DNA of 64,000 bases from an uncultured Muribaculaceae bacterium. Lineage in GTDB: Bacteria; Bacteroidota; Bacteroidia; Bacteroidales; Muribaculaceae. This document shows positions 1 through 10,400 of this stretch, one piece after another. The translations under genes were made by a program, and so were the position numbers. The notes under the pieces were generated by a model. It was not told the DNA's origin. It made no database searches and was given only the letters and a program-made list of their open reading frames with translations. Where the stretch lies: NCBI GenBank assembly GCA_905233915.1, contig CAJOFM010000006.1:16873-80872 (forward strand). The letters are read 5' to 3'. Numbering within the stretch: position 1 is the stretch's first letter; every line of letters starts with the position of its first letter.

Positions 1-2
1 AC

Positions 3-284
3 TACCAGCGCGAGCAGTTCCGCATCATCAACTACAGCAGCGACAACCAGCAACGCGTGTGGCTCTATAAGCTCGTCGATGAGCCGACGCCTGACTTCAT
101 CCTGGGTGACGTGAACAACGACCACAATGTGAACGTGAGCGACGTCACGCTGCTCATCAGCGTCATCCTGGGCAACAGCGAAATGACACCTTACATCTGG
201 CTAGCCGGCAATGTCCAGGCCGACGACAACATCAATGTGGGCGATGTCACAGCACTCATCAGGATGATCCTGACAGGCCCATAA
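3..284 (+). CDS. 3' end of a secreted protein with C-terminal type-I dockerin (truncated by window edge)
   Basis: Frame is open from the window start: YQREQFRIINYSSDNQQRVWLYKL..., then two Ca-binding repeats GDVNNDHNVNVSDVTLLI and GNVQADDNINVGDVTALI. Confidence 0.85.
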   Translation, partial: YQREQFRIINYSSDNQQRVWLYKLVDEPTPDFILGDVNNDHNVNVSDVTLLISVILGNSEMTPYIWLAGNVQADDNINVGDVTALIRMILTGP

Positions 285-317
285 CCAATGCCAGCACAAC
301 CGATAGCGTCAATCAAC

Positions 318-353
318 AAGTCGCGCGTCCCTGCAGTGTGGGACGCGCGGCTT
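318..353. terminator. Hairpin between convergent genes (probable bidirectional terminator)
   Basis: aagtcgcgcgtccc / gggacgcgcggctt 14-bp stem with one G-T pair and an 8-nt loop. Confidence 0.7.
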
Positions 354-396
354 ATAGTATCGGGTGACCTCAAGGGTCACCGTTGATGGCAGGGGG

Positions 397-3300
397 TTAC
401 ATGAGCACCTTGTTCACTTGGGTAGTGCCATCGTTGTAGCGGGTAACCACGATGTTAACACCCTCGAACGGGGTCTTGCTCTCCTGGCCCATGACGTTGA
501 AGAAGCTGACGCTCTCCACAACACGTGCGGCCTCAACCTCATTGACGTCGGTATAGGTGGAGCCATGACCCAGCAGGTCAAGCGGGAACACCATAAACTT
601 CTCGTCTCCGTCGCCAAAACTATAATCCTTATACTCGCCCATAGCCGTCTCACTAGGTTCACGCTTGGGAGCATTCAGGTTCACGGGGTCTTCAGACTCG
701 ACCGTAATGATAGCAATGTGGAAGTCATAGTCATAGTTCACCATCAAGGCATCGGCGCTTTCACCGGTTTCGTTGGGGTTGCCATAAACGACATCGGTGT
801 CGCTGTTCTTGTCCAGGCGGTTATAGTCCCAGCCAGCCACACGGAACTTGCCGTTCAGGTCATATCGGTTGGTATTGGACGAGTGCTTGTAAACAACAAA
901 CTCGTCATTGCCCTTCCAGACGCCCCACACGTGAACAATTTCGCCAATCTTGGGATTGACAAAGAAGAAGTTGTTCTTGGGGTCATCCTGGTCAGCCTGA
1001 ATAGCCTGCGGACCAGGAGTCTGGCCTTCGTCATAGGAGTAAAACAGGAAGTTACTGGGCGTGTAGTAGTTGTAGCAATATACCACTCCGTTGAGTTCCT
1101 CGTGAGGATCTCTCAAGAAACCAGGATAGCCGATGGTGTCGGCCAGCACTCTGGGAGCTGTGTCCATATATATCTTGAACATGCCGTCCTCGAAGCAGTA
1201 GGAGCCCTTTATCGAGAGGGGTTCTAATTGCTTATTGACAAACTGCGACATCACCTCATCAATAGCGCCATAATCTCCCTCTTCATTCGGGTCAAGCCTA
1301 TAATTCAACCACAGGTAATCCACCAAGTCAACCGCTACCCAGTTGCTCTGGTCCCAATCGCCGTCCTGGAGATCAAACTCCACATTATAGTCACGCTGCA
1401 TGCTCTCGGTGCCCGGAATCATCTGGGGATAGTTAGGAGAGATGGACTTGTTTCCGATGTCCTTGCACCACAAGATGCTGCGGGCGGCCCATACACCAAC
1501 CAGCGTATCACAAACGGTCCGCTCACGGGTAATATGTTCAGCCCTATAATTCTCCAGGTAATGGAGTGGTGTGTACCTGAACCAGCCCGTTTTTTCCACT
1601 TCAATCCAACCTATATAGGCATGGCCCTTGGCCAGGATGTCCATGGGGGCGCAGACGGTAATCGTGTCGCCCTCGACGGTTGTGGAATAATTTATGCTAG
1701 AGTTGAATGCCACCTTCTTGTCAAAGTAGAAGGTTGCATCATCCTCATTGGGATTAATGGCTTGAACCTCTGCTTCAATGTCGCTTGTTGCTGTTACAAC
1801 AGTATTATATGTCACATAAACCGGTTGAGTGTTGGTAGGTCCACCAGCAGGGGTGAGGGTCAACTCGACGGGATGCTTCTCTACCCACATCTGGGTCTTG
1901 TCACCGCTCACGTAGATGGTATAGATGCCCGGCTCGATCTCAAAGGCGGCAGAGTGGTCAGAGCCTGCATTCAAGTGATGCATCACGGGAGATTCACCAT
2001 CCACATAGGAAGTCACGGGATAATCGTTCCAGTCGGCTATCAGATAGTTCCACGGGTTACCACTGGAGTTGTCCTGCACGGTCGAGAAGTGGAAGTAGCC
2101 CTTCTGCAAGTCTCCATCGGTGTACTCACGGCCCTGGCGGATACCTTTGTAATAAACCTTGATGCTATAGGTGTTGGTATTGATATCATATTCCAGGGGG
2201 GTACCGTACATCTGGAAGGTGCTTGAACCGTTGTGGAAGCCCAGCAGATAGAGGCTCTGGGGAGCAACCACGTTGTAGGTGGCAACATCCGAAGCCTCGA
2301 TGTAGCCGATCCACGCGTCGGCAGTCACGGTGTTATTGCCGCCCTGGGTGAGGGTCGCATGGTCGCCGATCACCTTGCCGCCGTTGTTGATGCTGTAGTC
2401 GTTGGTGGCTGCAGGCTCGTTCACGTCGGCATAGAGGTCGGCAATGGCCTGTACCTTCTCGTTCACGTCGCTGGTCCAGGTCACATCGGTTCCGGCGGCC
2501 ACAGTGGCACCGTCCTCGGGGCTGGTGATGGTGAGCGACACGGGGGTCTGTCTCACGGTCACCTCGGTCTTGCCGGTGTTCACGATGATGCGGTAGATGC
2601 CGGCGGGGATGACAAAGGCCTTGCCAGAGTAATTCTGGGCGATCGGCCTTGTCTGGCCATCGACGATGTCCATATCGTAACCATTGTTATCAGGATAGAT
2701 GCGATAATTGCCAATGGTGGCCCAGCCATTCTGGTCACTGGGATCGGCAATCTTGGTCGTCAGGCTGAAGTAGCCGTAGCGGTCATCCCCATTGGTCCAG
2801 TTAAGGCCCTGACGGATACCCTTGAAGTAAACATCGATGTAGTAATACTCGTTGTTGTAGTCATAGGTGAACTTGGGACCATAGGGGGCCCAGGTCTTGC
2901 CCAATGCGGTACCCAGCAGGTAGAGGTCCTCGGGAGCGAAGTAGGCGGTGATGGTCACTGCACCGTCGGGCATGGTGAAGGTGTAGGTGCTGTTCTCCTC
3001 GGTCAGGGGGATTTCGCCCTCGGTGCCGTCGGTATAGGTGACGGTCACGTGGTCGAAGGTGAAGCCCTGGTTGGTGGTCGTGGTGAAGGTCACCGTCTCG
3101 CCCTCTTGGGCCGATGTGGCATCAACCGTGATGCTGCCGCCCTCAGCGGGCTTGCACACGGTGGAGATGTTGTGGTAGTTGTCGGCCAGCTTGTAGAGCC
3201 ACACACGCTCGTCGGTGTTATTGCCATAATTAATGATCCTGAACGAGTTGCTAGCAGCCTCATAGCGGATGGTGCGGTTGGCATTGCCGATGGAGTCAAA

Positions 3301-5304
3301 CGTGCACAGGTAGTTGTGCTCACCATCGGACGAACCGCTGATGTACATCGTGGCATGGTTATAGGCGCTCAAGTCGGGCGTGGACACCACATTGCCTGTC
3401 GTGCCGTTATAGCCGCTGTAGCCCAGATAGCCCACCTGGGTGTTCAGGAAGCCTGCGGGATTGCCGCTGGTGTTGTCGGCATCCAAGCGGAAGAAGCAGG
3501 CATTGTCATCGACACGCACCCTGGACTTGTCTGCCTCAACCCACTCAACGATGGGAGTGCCCTGGAAGGTGGTCTCGCTGCGGTTCCAGTGCTTCATCAC
3601 CTTGTCGTGATACTGGCTCACGATGATGTAGGTGGCACCGTCCACAATCTGGCTGGTGCTGGTCACCAGGTCAAAGATGTCGCCAATCACGCGGTCGAAC
3701 GTCGCGCTCAGCGTCACGTCGTTGGCCGGCATGATGAAGGTGTAGGTGCCGTCGCCGTTGTCAATCAGGTTCAGGTCGCTGCCGTTGGTGTCGTTGGTGC
3801 CCGTCAAGCCCGTGAACACGTAGCCCTGGCTGGGCGACACGGTGAAGGTGACGGTCTTGCCCTCGTTGCTGATGTAGGTATTGTTCAGGTCAACAGCACC
3901 GCTCAGGAAGTCAAACTCGCCGCCATACTGGGGCGTGCTCACGGTGTGGATCTCATAGGGGTCGGTAAACGTGGCCACAATGTGGACATCGGCACCAGGC
4001 ATCACAAAGGTGTAGCTGTTGCCCAGCGCACTCTCGCTGGTGCAGGTCAGCGCCACGGGGTTGCCGATGCTGTCGGTCGCGGTGACCGAGCCGATGCCAT
4101 AACCCTCGCGGGTGCCGACAAAGAAGGTTACCGTCTCGAACTGTTGCGAGGTTTGGTGACCATCGATTTCAAGCACGCCATCGCCCAGGGTGATGAAGCC
4201 GCCGGCAGTGGGGTCGCACTCGGTCGTGATCTCGTAGTTGCGGGCCGGCATGTAAAGGTAAACACGCTGGTTGGCCGCCGAAGCATTTCTCGACGAGTAA
4301 TCAATCGTCCTGAAGTAACTATAACTATTGATATAGCTGATGGCACAAGTGTCGGTATTGGTCGACGTCGTGGCATCGCGCTTGAAACGGATGCGTGCAT
4401 CATAATTATCGGTAGCTCCAATTTCAATCCTCACTGGGCTGTAGGTTGCGTTTAATCCTTCATAGTACAATGAATAGCCATTGTTGGCGGAATTATAGGC
4501 ATTGTAGGGGCTGGTGCTGTTTGCATTACCTTTCTTGACAGAATTGCGACGCAAGTAGTTGTCGGAGCCCGTAATGCCCAATAGCCAGGGGCGATTGGAG
4601 TCGGACGATTCTTTCAGGGTGAAAATCTGCACCTCGGGATTGATAATCACTTTCATCTTGGTATCGTCAACAAACGAAATGCCGACCGCATCCATCGTGA
4701 CCTGAGTGCCACTGAAGCACGACTGGGTTGCAGTGCTCATCGCCATGTTGTAACGCTGGTTGACGATGACATACTTCTGGTCGGGCTGCAACTGCGAGTA
4801 GTCGGTCACCAGGTCATAGATGTCACCCGTCTCCTTCTCGAAGGTAATCTCTACCGAGCCAAAGCGTACGGGCTTGGCCATCGTGGTGAACTGGATCTTG
4901 TTGGTCTCGCCCACCCACGTGCCGGTGTAGCCGCTGTAGGTATAGGTGCCCGGCTCGGACTGATTGTAGAAGTTCTGCACAATCGAGATGGTCGAGGGGC
5001 CCCAATAGAAGCAGTCCAGGTTGTCGCTGGTCGTGTTGTCCACGCAGCGGAAGACAATCTTCTTGATGATGTAGCTCTGGTTGACCGAGCGCACCTCAAA
5101 GTACACCTGCTGGTGCTCCACCAGGTAGTTGGGATTGTTCATACCGCTGGTGAACGTCATCATCAAGCCGCCCTTGTAGCAGTAATAGACGCCGTTCGAC
5201 TCCTCGAACTGCCCCTCGTTGCGGTTGATGACGACCGTCTGCTCTCCAGCCCAGATGGGGATGGACAGCATCAATGTCATCAATAGTAAGAATAGTTTTT
5301 TCAT
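397..5304 (-). CDS. Large multi-module secreted protein (1635 aa): divergent InlB-B (Flg_new_2-like) repeats, SusE/F-like modules, T9SS-like CTD
   Basis: Signal peptide MKKLFLLLMTLMLSIPIWA; three GG..(T/F)...GETVTF...GY...YTF.MP..DV...ATF repeats; two D(I)(Y/F)DLVT...Y(V/I)IV modules; two LYLLG modules; CTD VESVSFFNVMGQESKTPFEGVNIVVTRYNDG...KVLM. Confidence 0.85.
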   Translation of the reverse strand: MKKLFLLLMTLMLSIPIWAGEQTVVINRNEGQFEESNGVYYCYKGGLMMTFTSGMNNPNYLVEHQQVYFEVRSVNQSYIIKKIVFRCVDNTTSDNLDCFYWGPSTISIVQNFYNQSEPGTYTYSGYTGTWVGETNKIQFTTMAKPVRFGSVEITFEKETGDIYDLVTDYSQLQPDQKYVIVNQRYNMAMSTATQSCFSGTQVTMDAVGISFVDDTKMKVIINPEVQIFTLKESSDSNRPWLLGITGSDNYLRRNSVKKGNANSTSPYNAYNSANNGYSLYYEGLNATYSPVRIEIGATDNYDARIRFKRDATTSTNTDTCAISYINSYSYFRTIDYSSRNASAANQRVYLYMPARNYEITTECDPTAGGFITLGDGVLEIDGHQTSQQFETVTFFVGTREGYGIGSVTATDSIGNPVALTCTSESALGNSYTFVMPGADVHIVATFTDPYEIHTVSTPQYGGEFDFLSGAVDLNNTYISNEGKTVTFTVSPSQGYVFTGLTGTNDTNGSDLNLIDNGDGTYTFIMPANDVTLSATFDRVIGDIFDLVTSTSQIVDGATYIIVSQYHDKVMKHWNRSETTFQGTPIVEWVEADKSRVRVDDNACFFRLDADNTSGNPAGFLNTQVGYLGYSGYNGTTGNVVSTPDLSAYNHATMYISGSSDGEHNYLCTFDSIGNANRTIRYEAASNSFRIINYGNNTDERVWLYKLADNYHNISTVCKPAEGGSITVDATSAQEGETVTFTTTTNQGFTFDHVTVTYTDGTEGEIPLTEENSTYTFTMPDGAVTITAYFAPEDLYLLGTALGKTWAPYGPKFTYDYNNEYYYIDVYFKGIRQGLNWTNGDDRYGYFSLTTKIADPSDQNGWATIGNYRIYPDNNGYDMDIVDGQTRPIAQNYSGKAFVIPAGIYRIIVNTGKTEVTVRQTPVSLTITSPEDGATVAAGTDVTWTSDVNEKVQAIADLYADVNEPAATNDYSINNGGKVIGDHATLTQGGNNTVTADAWIGYIEASDVATYNVVAPQSLYLLGFHNGSSTFQMYGTPLEYDINTNTYSIKVYYKGIRQGREYTDGDLQKGYFHFSTVQDNSSGNPWNYLIADWNDYPVTSYVDGESPVMHHLNAGSDHSAAFEIEPGIYTIYVSGDKTQMWVEKHPVELTLTPAGGPTNTQPVYVTYNTVVTATSDIEAEVQAINPNEDDATFYFDKKVAFNSSINYSTTVEGDTITVCAPMDILAKGHAYIGWIEVEKTGWFRYTPLHYLENYRAEHITRERTVCDTLVGVWAARSILWCKDIGNKSISPNYPQMIPGTESMQRDYNVEFDLQDGDWDQSNWVAVDLVDYLWLNYRLDPNEEGDYGAIDEVMSQFVNKQLEPLSIKGSYCFEDGMFKIYMDTAPRVLADTIGYPGFLRDPHEELNGVVYCYNYYTPSNFLFYSYDEGQTPGPQAIQADQDDPKNNFFFVNPKIGEIVHVWGVWKGNDEFVVYKHSSNTNRYDLNGKFRVAGWDYNRLDKNSDTDVVYGNPNETGESADALMVNYDYDFHIAIITVESEDPVNLNAPKREPSETAMGEYKDYSFGDGDEKFMVFPLDLLGHGSTYTDVNEVEAARVVESVSFFNVMGQESKTPFEGVNIVVTRYNDGTTQVNKVLM

Positions 5305-5468
5305 AATACTATGAACTTTGGCGGGTTCTACTCATTCTCTTCGGCACCAGCAAGGAAGAACCCTTTATCCTCGCAGTTGCCATCATCATTATTCAATCTT
5401 TCTTTGTATATCCCAACGCGGTTACTCGATAACGGCGCCAAGTTGGCAATACTTAATACTCTAATGGA

Positions 5469-5476
5469 CAAAATTA
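5469..5476 (-). promoter_or_regulatory. Possible Bacteroidetes -7 promoter element for the 1635-aa gene
   Basis: TAATTTTG on the minus strand matches TAnnTTTG; the -33 element is weak. Confidence 0.4.
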
Positions 5477-5632
5477 TAGACAAAATCCCAAACCGACAAC
5501 ACAGCAACATTGATTTAACATTTCTTTTCAATCAAGCGCCCTGGGCCTTAAGTAAACGCATTAGCATGCGAATTGACGATTTCCAGGGAAAGACAACCTG
5601 ATCTTGATGATTTAATAGTTATTAGCATGATG

Positions 5633-5649
5633 GTGCCAAATAGTGGCAC
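5633..5649. promoter_or_regulatory. Palindromic operator-like site upstream of recA
   Basis: GTGCCA-aatag-TGGCAC perfect dyad, 70 nt before the likely recA ATG. Confidence 0.4.
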
Positions 5650-5718
5650 TTCGCCTTTGTTCCTTTGCAGCGTCAACGTGAATCAACCAACAATAATAAC
5701 GATAAAAACAAAACAGCC

Positions 5719-6825
5719 ATGACAGAGCAAATTTTGAAACAAGAAGTGATGATTGACGGGCAGCAGGTGCTGAGCATCACCACGCCCGACATTGTGACCA
5801 ACCACGTGGCCGAAACGGCACCCCACACGCCGCGCACGGCCGAGGTGGACCCCATGAAACTGCAAGTGATGCAGAATGCGGTGGCCAAGATAGAGAAAGC
5901 CTTCGGACACTGCGCCATCATGCGCATGAATGACGAGAGCGTCGAGGATGTTGACGTCATCCCCACCGGCTCCATCGGGCTGGACCGCGCCCTGGGTGTG
6001 GGCGGCTACCCGCGCGGACGCATCGTCGAGATCTATGGCCCCGAGTCGTCGGGCAAGACCACGCTCGCCCTGCATGCCATCGCCCAGGCACAGCAGATGG
6101 GCGGCATCGCGGCCTACATCGATGCCGAACACGCCTTCGACCGCTCCTATGCCGAGGCTGTGGGCGTGAACACGCGCAACCTGTGGATCTCGCAGCCCGA
6201 CAACGGTGAGCAGGCACTGGAAATCGCCGACCAGCTCATCCGCTCAGCAGCCATCGACGTCATCGTCATCGACAGCGTCGCCGCACTCACTCCCAAGGCC
6301 GAAATCGAGGGCGAGATGGGTGAGAGCAAGATGGGTCTGCAGGCACGACTGATGAGCCAGGCGCTGAGGAAACTCACGGCCACCATCGCCAAGACGCGCA
6401 CCTGCTGCATCTTCATCAACCAGCTGCGCGAGAAACTGGGTGTGATGTTCGGCAACCCCGAGACGACCACCGGCGGCAACGCCTTGAAGTTCTACAGCAG
6501 CGTGCGCCTCGACATCCGCCGCCTGGCACACATCAAGGACGGCGAACGCGTGCTCGGAGCCCAGACGCGCGTCAAGGTCGTCAAGAACAAGGTCGCCCCA
6601 CCCTTCCGCAAGGCAGAGTTCGACGTCATCTACGGCACGGGCATCAGCCGCGAGAGCGAAATCCTGGACATGGGTGTTGAGGCGGGCATCATCAAGAAGA
6701 GCGGCGCCTGGTTCAGCTGGCAGGACATGCGCCTGGGACAGGGACGTGAAGCCGCCAAGCAGTTCCTCATCGACAATCCCGATACCGCCGACGCCATCGC
6801 CGCCCTGCTCCAGCCCACCCCATAA
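5719..6825 (+). CDS. recA: Recombinase RecA (start reassigned to ATG 5719)
   Basis: [14 protein letters not shown] Walker [52 protein letters not shown]. Confidence 0.97.
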   Translation: MTEQILKQEVMIDGQQVLSITTPDIVTNHVAETAPHTPRTAEVDPMKLQVMQNAVAKIEKAFGHCAIMRMNDESVEDVDVIPTGSIGLDRALGVGGYPRGRIVEIYGPESSGKTTLALHAIAQAQQMGGIAAYIDAEHAFDRSYAEAVGVNTRNLWISQPDNGEQALEIADQLIRSAAIDVIVIDSVAALTPKAEIEGEMGESKMGLQARLMSQALRKLTATIAKTRTCCIFINQLREKLGVMFGNPETTTGGNALKFYSSVRLDIRRLAHIKDGERVLGAQTRVKVVKNKVAPPFRKAEFDVIYGTGISRESEILDMGVEAGIIKKSGAWFSWQDMRLGQGREAAKQFLIDNPDTADAIAALLQPTP

Positions 6826-6944
6826 ACCAACAACCTGATACCATGAAAAACCCAGAGGTGTGCTGCCCCCAACAGGCAACGCACCTCATTTTCTATCGGC
6901 GAACCTTTTGCTCGGCGAAGCCAATTTTGCGGATTATTGGGATT

Positions 6945-7207
6945 GGCATCCGCATTGTAGGGCCTCGCCTTGGCGTGGCCGCTTGCCTCACGCTAAGACG
7001 CTAAAGTTTTCAGTTGGCATCCGCATCCATTTTTTAAAGACAAGAAATACAAGAAAAACTAAGGCTGCGCGCATTCCTTGTTATTAAAAACAACTTAAAC
7101 AACTCAACCAACAGCATCCGCACCCCCGTCGTCACAGGAATGCGGATGCCAAAATTAGTTTAATTAGCGAAATAAGCATTGAAAAAGAAGTTTTTTTGTA
7201 CTTCTTG
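6945..7207. repeat. Intergenic composite repeat/palindrome cluster
   Basis: (G)GCATCCGCA at 6945, 7016 and 7114 with an inverted copy at 7141; CAAGAAATACAAG at 7041 with an inverted near-copy at 7196. The same motifs recur near 42.5 kb and 62.6-62.7 kb. Confidence 0.7.
6957..6982 (+). repeat. GTAG-type REP-like repeat, copy 1 of 3
   Basis: GTAGGGCCTCGCCTTGGCGTGGCCGC is identical to 62871-62896 (+) and 63958-63983 (-); internal hairpin GGCC-T-CGCC-TT-GGCG-T-GGCC. Confidence 0.85.
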
Positions 7208-7495
7208 TTTTCTATCACCTATTGCGCCATGGCGTGAAGAAAATACTGCAGCAAACAACTGATAATGATAGGGTTAACGTAAACGATTGCACAAAAAAAC
7301 ATAGCCTATTTTTCACAAATCGCACATTATTAAATTAAAACAAAATAAATTAGCGGGCCTTTTTCGTCATCAACACTTGATGAAAAAAGTAGTTTTGGGA
7401 TAAGAAATTAAACCAATAAACCTATCAAGCATCTCATTGAAGATGCCTATAACAGACCATCAATATTAGTACTTTTAAATAACCAAATTCTTAAA

Positions 7496-10400
7496 ATGCG
7501 ACATTTTAAACTATTCACCAGGGAGAAGTTCAAGCTATTGCTCTTGATCTTCTGCCTCGCTGTATCGGTACCGCAGCTGCGGGCCGATGTTGTGGTAGCG
7601 GGCAACAACACGACGCTATTTGGCGGCAGTTGGACCACTGCCACTAACTCATCCAACAAGATGACGCAGCACAGTGGCACAAACTACTACTATCTGACCA
7701 AGACCAATGCCAACCTGACTGGAAACTTAGAGTTCAAGGTCGTTGACAATGGCAACTGGTACGGCACCAGCAGTGGCGACAATGTGACCTGCAACGCTAC
7801 TGGCACCCACACCATCACTTTCCTCTATAACTCCAGCAACCATGAAGTTGACCGCATTGGCACCTTCAGCACGGATGTTATTGTGACGGGTAGTGATGCG
7901 CAAGCACTGGGTAGTTCATGGGCTAACTCTAATCTGAGCAATGCCATGTCGACAAGTGATGGCCTCACCTTCACGTTGACCCGTACCGCGCAATACACCA
8001 GCGCAACCTCCATGCAGTTCAAAGTCCATTCGGTCACTACCGACCGATGGTACGGCACCAGCAGTGGCGACAATGTGTACTACAGTATTCCTGGCGCCGG
8101 CACCTATGACGTCACCTACACCTTCAATGTCATTTCCAGGGAAGTGAGCGCCACCGTAACCCCCACATCGGTTACGCCTCCCACTCCCGATTATTACATC
8201 ATTGGTGACAACACCGACTTGTGGCCTAACGGCTGGAACACTTCCAACATTCCCGCCAGCCAACAGATGACCGAGAGCAATGGGGTTTACACCTGGAGTG
8301 TGAGCAATGTCCACCTGGACGCCGGTAGCATCGGTTTCAAGGTCTATGACAGCAATGGTGTTTACCATCCCAGTGGCTCAGGCACCAACATCAATATCAA
8401 TGTCAGCCAATCGGGCACCTATGATCTGGTCATCACCTATGACCCCAACAGTGCTGACGACCGGGCCACCGTTGTTCTCACACCCATCTCCCTTGACCCT
8501 GTCATCCCCCATTATTATGTCACGGGTGACAACGGGTTAGGCCTTGGCGGTTTCACCTGTGTGCCCACACTGGAACTGACCGATGCCGACGGCGACGGGA
8601 TTTTCACCTACACGACCACCGCAACAGCCGACGGAACATACAGCTTTGTGTTTGCCAACGGCAAGGGAGCCAATTCCAGCGACTGGAGCAACTTCAATGA
8701 CAATTATCGCATTGGTCCGACCAATGGCAACACACAAATTGCCATCAATGCCCCCTTCCAACAAACGCAATTGTCCGGTGGTGACCATGGCGCCTACCAG
8801 ATCACTGTAGCGGCAGGTCCTGTGACATTCTACATCAACCACAGCGACATGACCTTCAGGATCGAGGCCACCGAACTCACCATCCCCGTCAATTATTACG
8901 TGAAGGGCGACAATACCGACATCTTCCCCAACGGCTGGAACGACGGAGCAAGCACTGCCATGACCGACAATGGGGACGGCACCTACATCTGGACTTCGGG
9001 GCAGTTCCGCCTCGAGATGGGCACCAGCTATGCGTACAAGGTTTGGGGTGATGACAACTCTTGGCATCCCAATGGTGACAACGCCACCTTCAGTTCCAAT
9101 GTTCCCGGCACCTACACGGTAACCATCACCTACGACAACAACAATGAGACGGTAAATGCCGTGCTGAATCCCATCCAGACCGACCCGACCTACGACTACG
9201 ATATCTACGTGCGCTACACTGGCGAAGAGCCCGTCGAGAACGTCTTCATTTACGCATGGGACGCTGGTGGCGACTTGTCGGATGCGTGGAGCGGCAGCAC
9301 AGGCGGCACCTCGCTGTCGAGCCTCACCACTCAGGAGATCAACGGCTACACCTACTACAAGGTGAGCTATACCTCCTATGCAACAAGCATCGGCGTTATC
9401 TTCAACGAGAACGGTTCTGGCGACACAAAGACCGCCGACCTGACCGCCAACCCTGGCAACAGCTACTTCACCTATGGCGGCGGCAGCGATGTTGTCGGTC
9501 CGTCGTCCCAAGCCGACGTGCCTGACTACTTCGTTGTGGGCCAGGACACCAGCCTCTTCCCCAACGGCTGGAACACCGGCAGCGAGACGCTGATGACCGA
9601 TAACAACGGCACCTATACCTTGACCATGACCAACGTTCAGCTGAACGCCAATCAAAACTATGAGTACAAGGTGCGCGGCACTGACGGTTCCTGGTATCCC
9701 GACGGCGACAATGCCTCGTTCAGCGTGGACGCCAGGGGCACCTACAACGTGGTGTTTACCTTTGACGGCACTAATGTGAATGCAGTAGCAACGCTGGTAC
9801 AAGCCGATCCGACCTACGACTACGACATCTACGTGCGCTACACTGGCAACGAGAATGTGAGCAACGTGTTCGTGTATGCCTGGGACAACGAGGGAACACT
9901 CTCTGACGCCTGGGACGGCAGCACGGGCGGCACCGCACTGTCGAGCCTGACTTCACAGGAAATTAACGGTCACACCTACTACCATGTGACCTACACGAGC
10001 TATGACTCGTCCATCAGCCTTATCTTCAACGAGAACGGCTCGTCATCGACACAAACAGCCGACTTGACCGCAGAGCCTGGTGACAGCTACTTCACCTATG
10101 GCGGCGGCAGCACCGTCGACGGTCCCAATGCCGAGGCCGACGAAGCCATTACCTCGATGTATCTTATCGGCTACGCAGGCACACAGCAATGGGCTGCCAA
10201 CGCCGGTATCGAGATGGAATGGGATGAGGCGAACGGTTATTACAAGCTGACCAATGTCGTGTTGACCGCTGGCAGCCAGTTTGCCTTCGCAACTCAGCTG
10301 GGCAGCAACAATGATGACTGGGAGACGCTCAACAACCATCGTTTGAGCTCCAACGGAGCCAACAACTGGTTGATTACCGATGACATGTTCGACACTTGGC

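Noticed and set aside
364-4455. Long plus-strand ORFs (287, 332 and 740 aa) opposite the 1635-aa gene
   Set aside because: Antisense shadows of a codon-biased gene; V/G/A/H-rich with no motifs.
5311-5601. Overlapping 96-aa and 67-aa ORFs in the intergenic region before recA
   Set aside because: AT-rich promoter region; no motifs or coding bias.
5621-5660. Sigma-54 promoter (TGGCAC) upstream of recA
   Set aside because: The GG-N10-GC spacing is not met on either strand.
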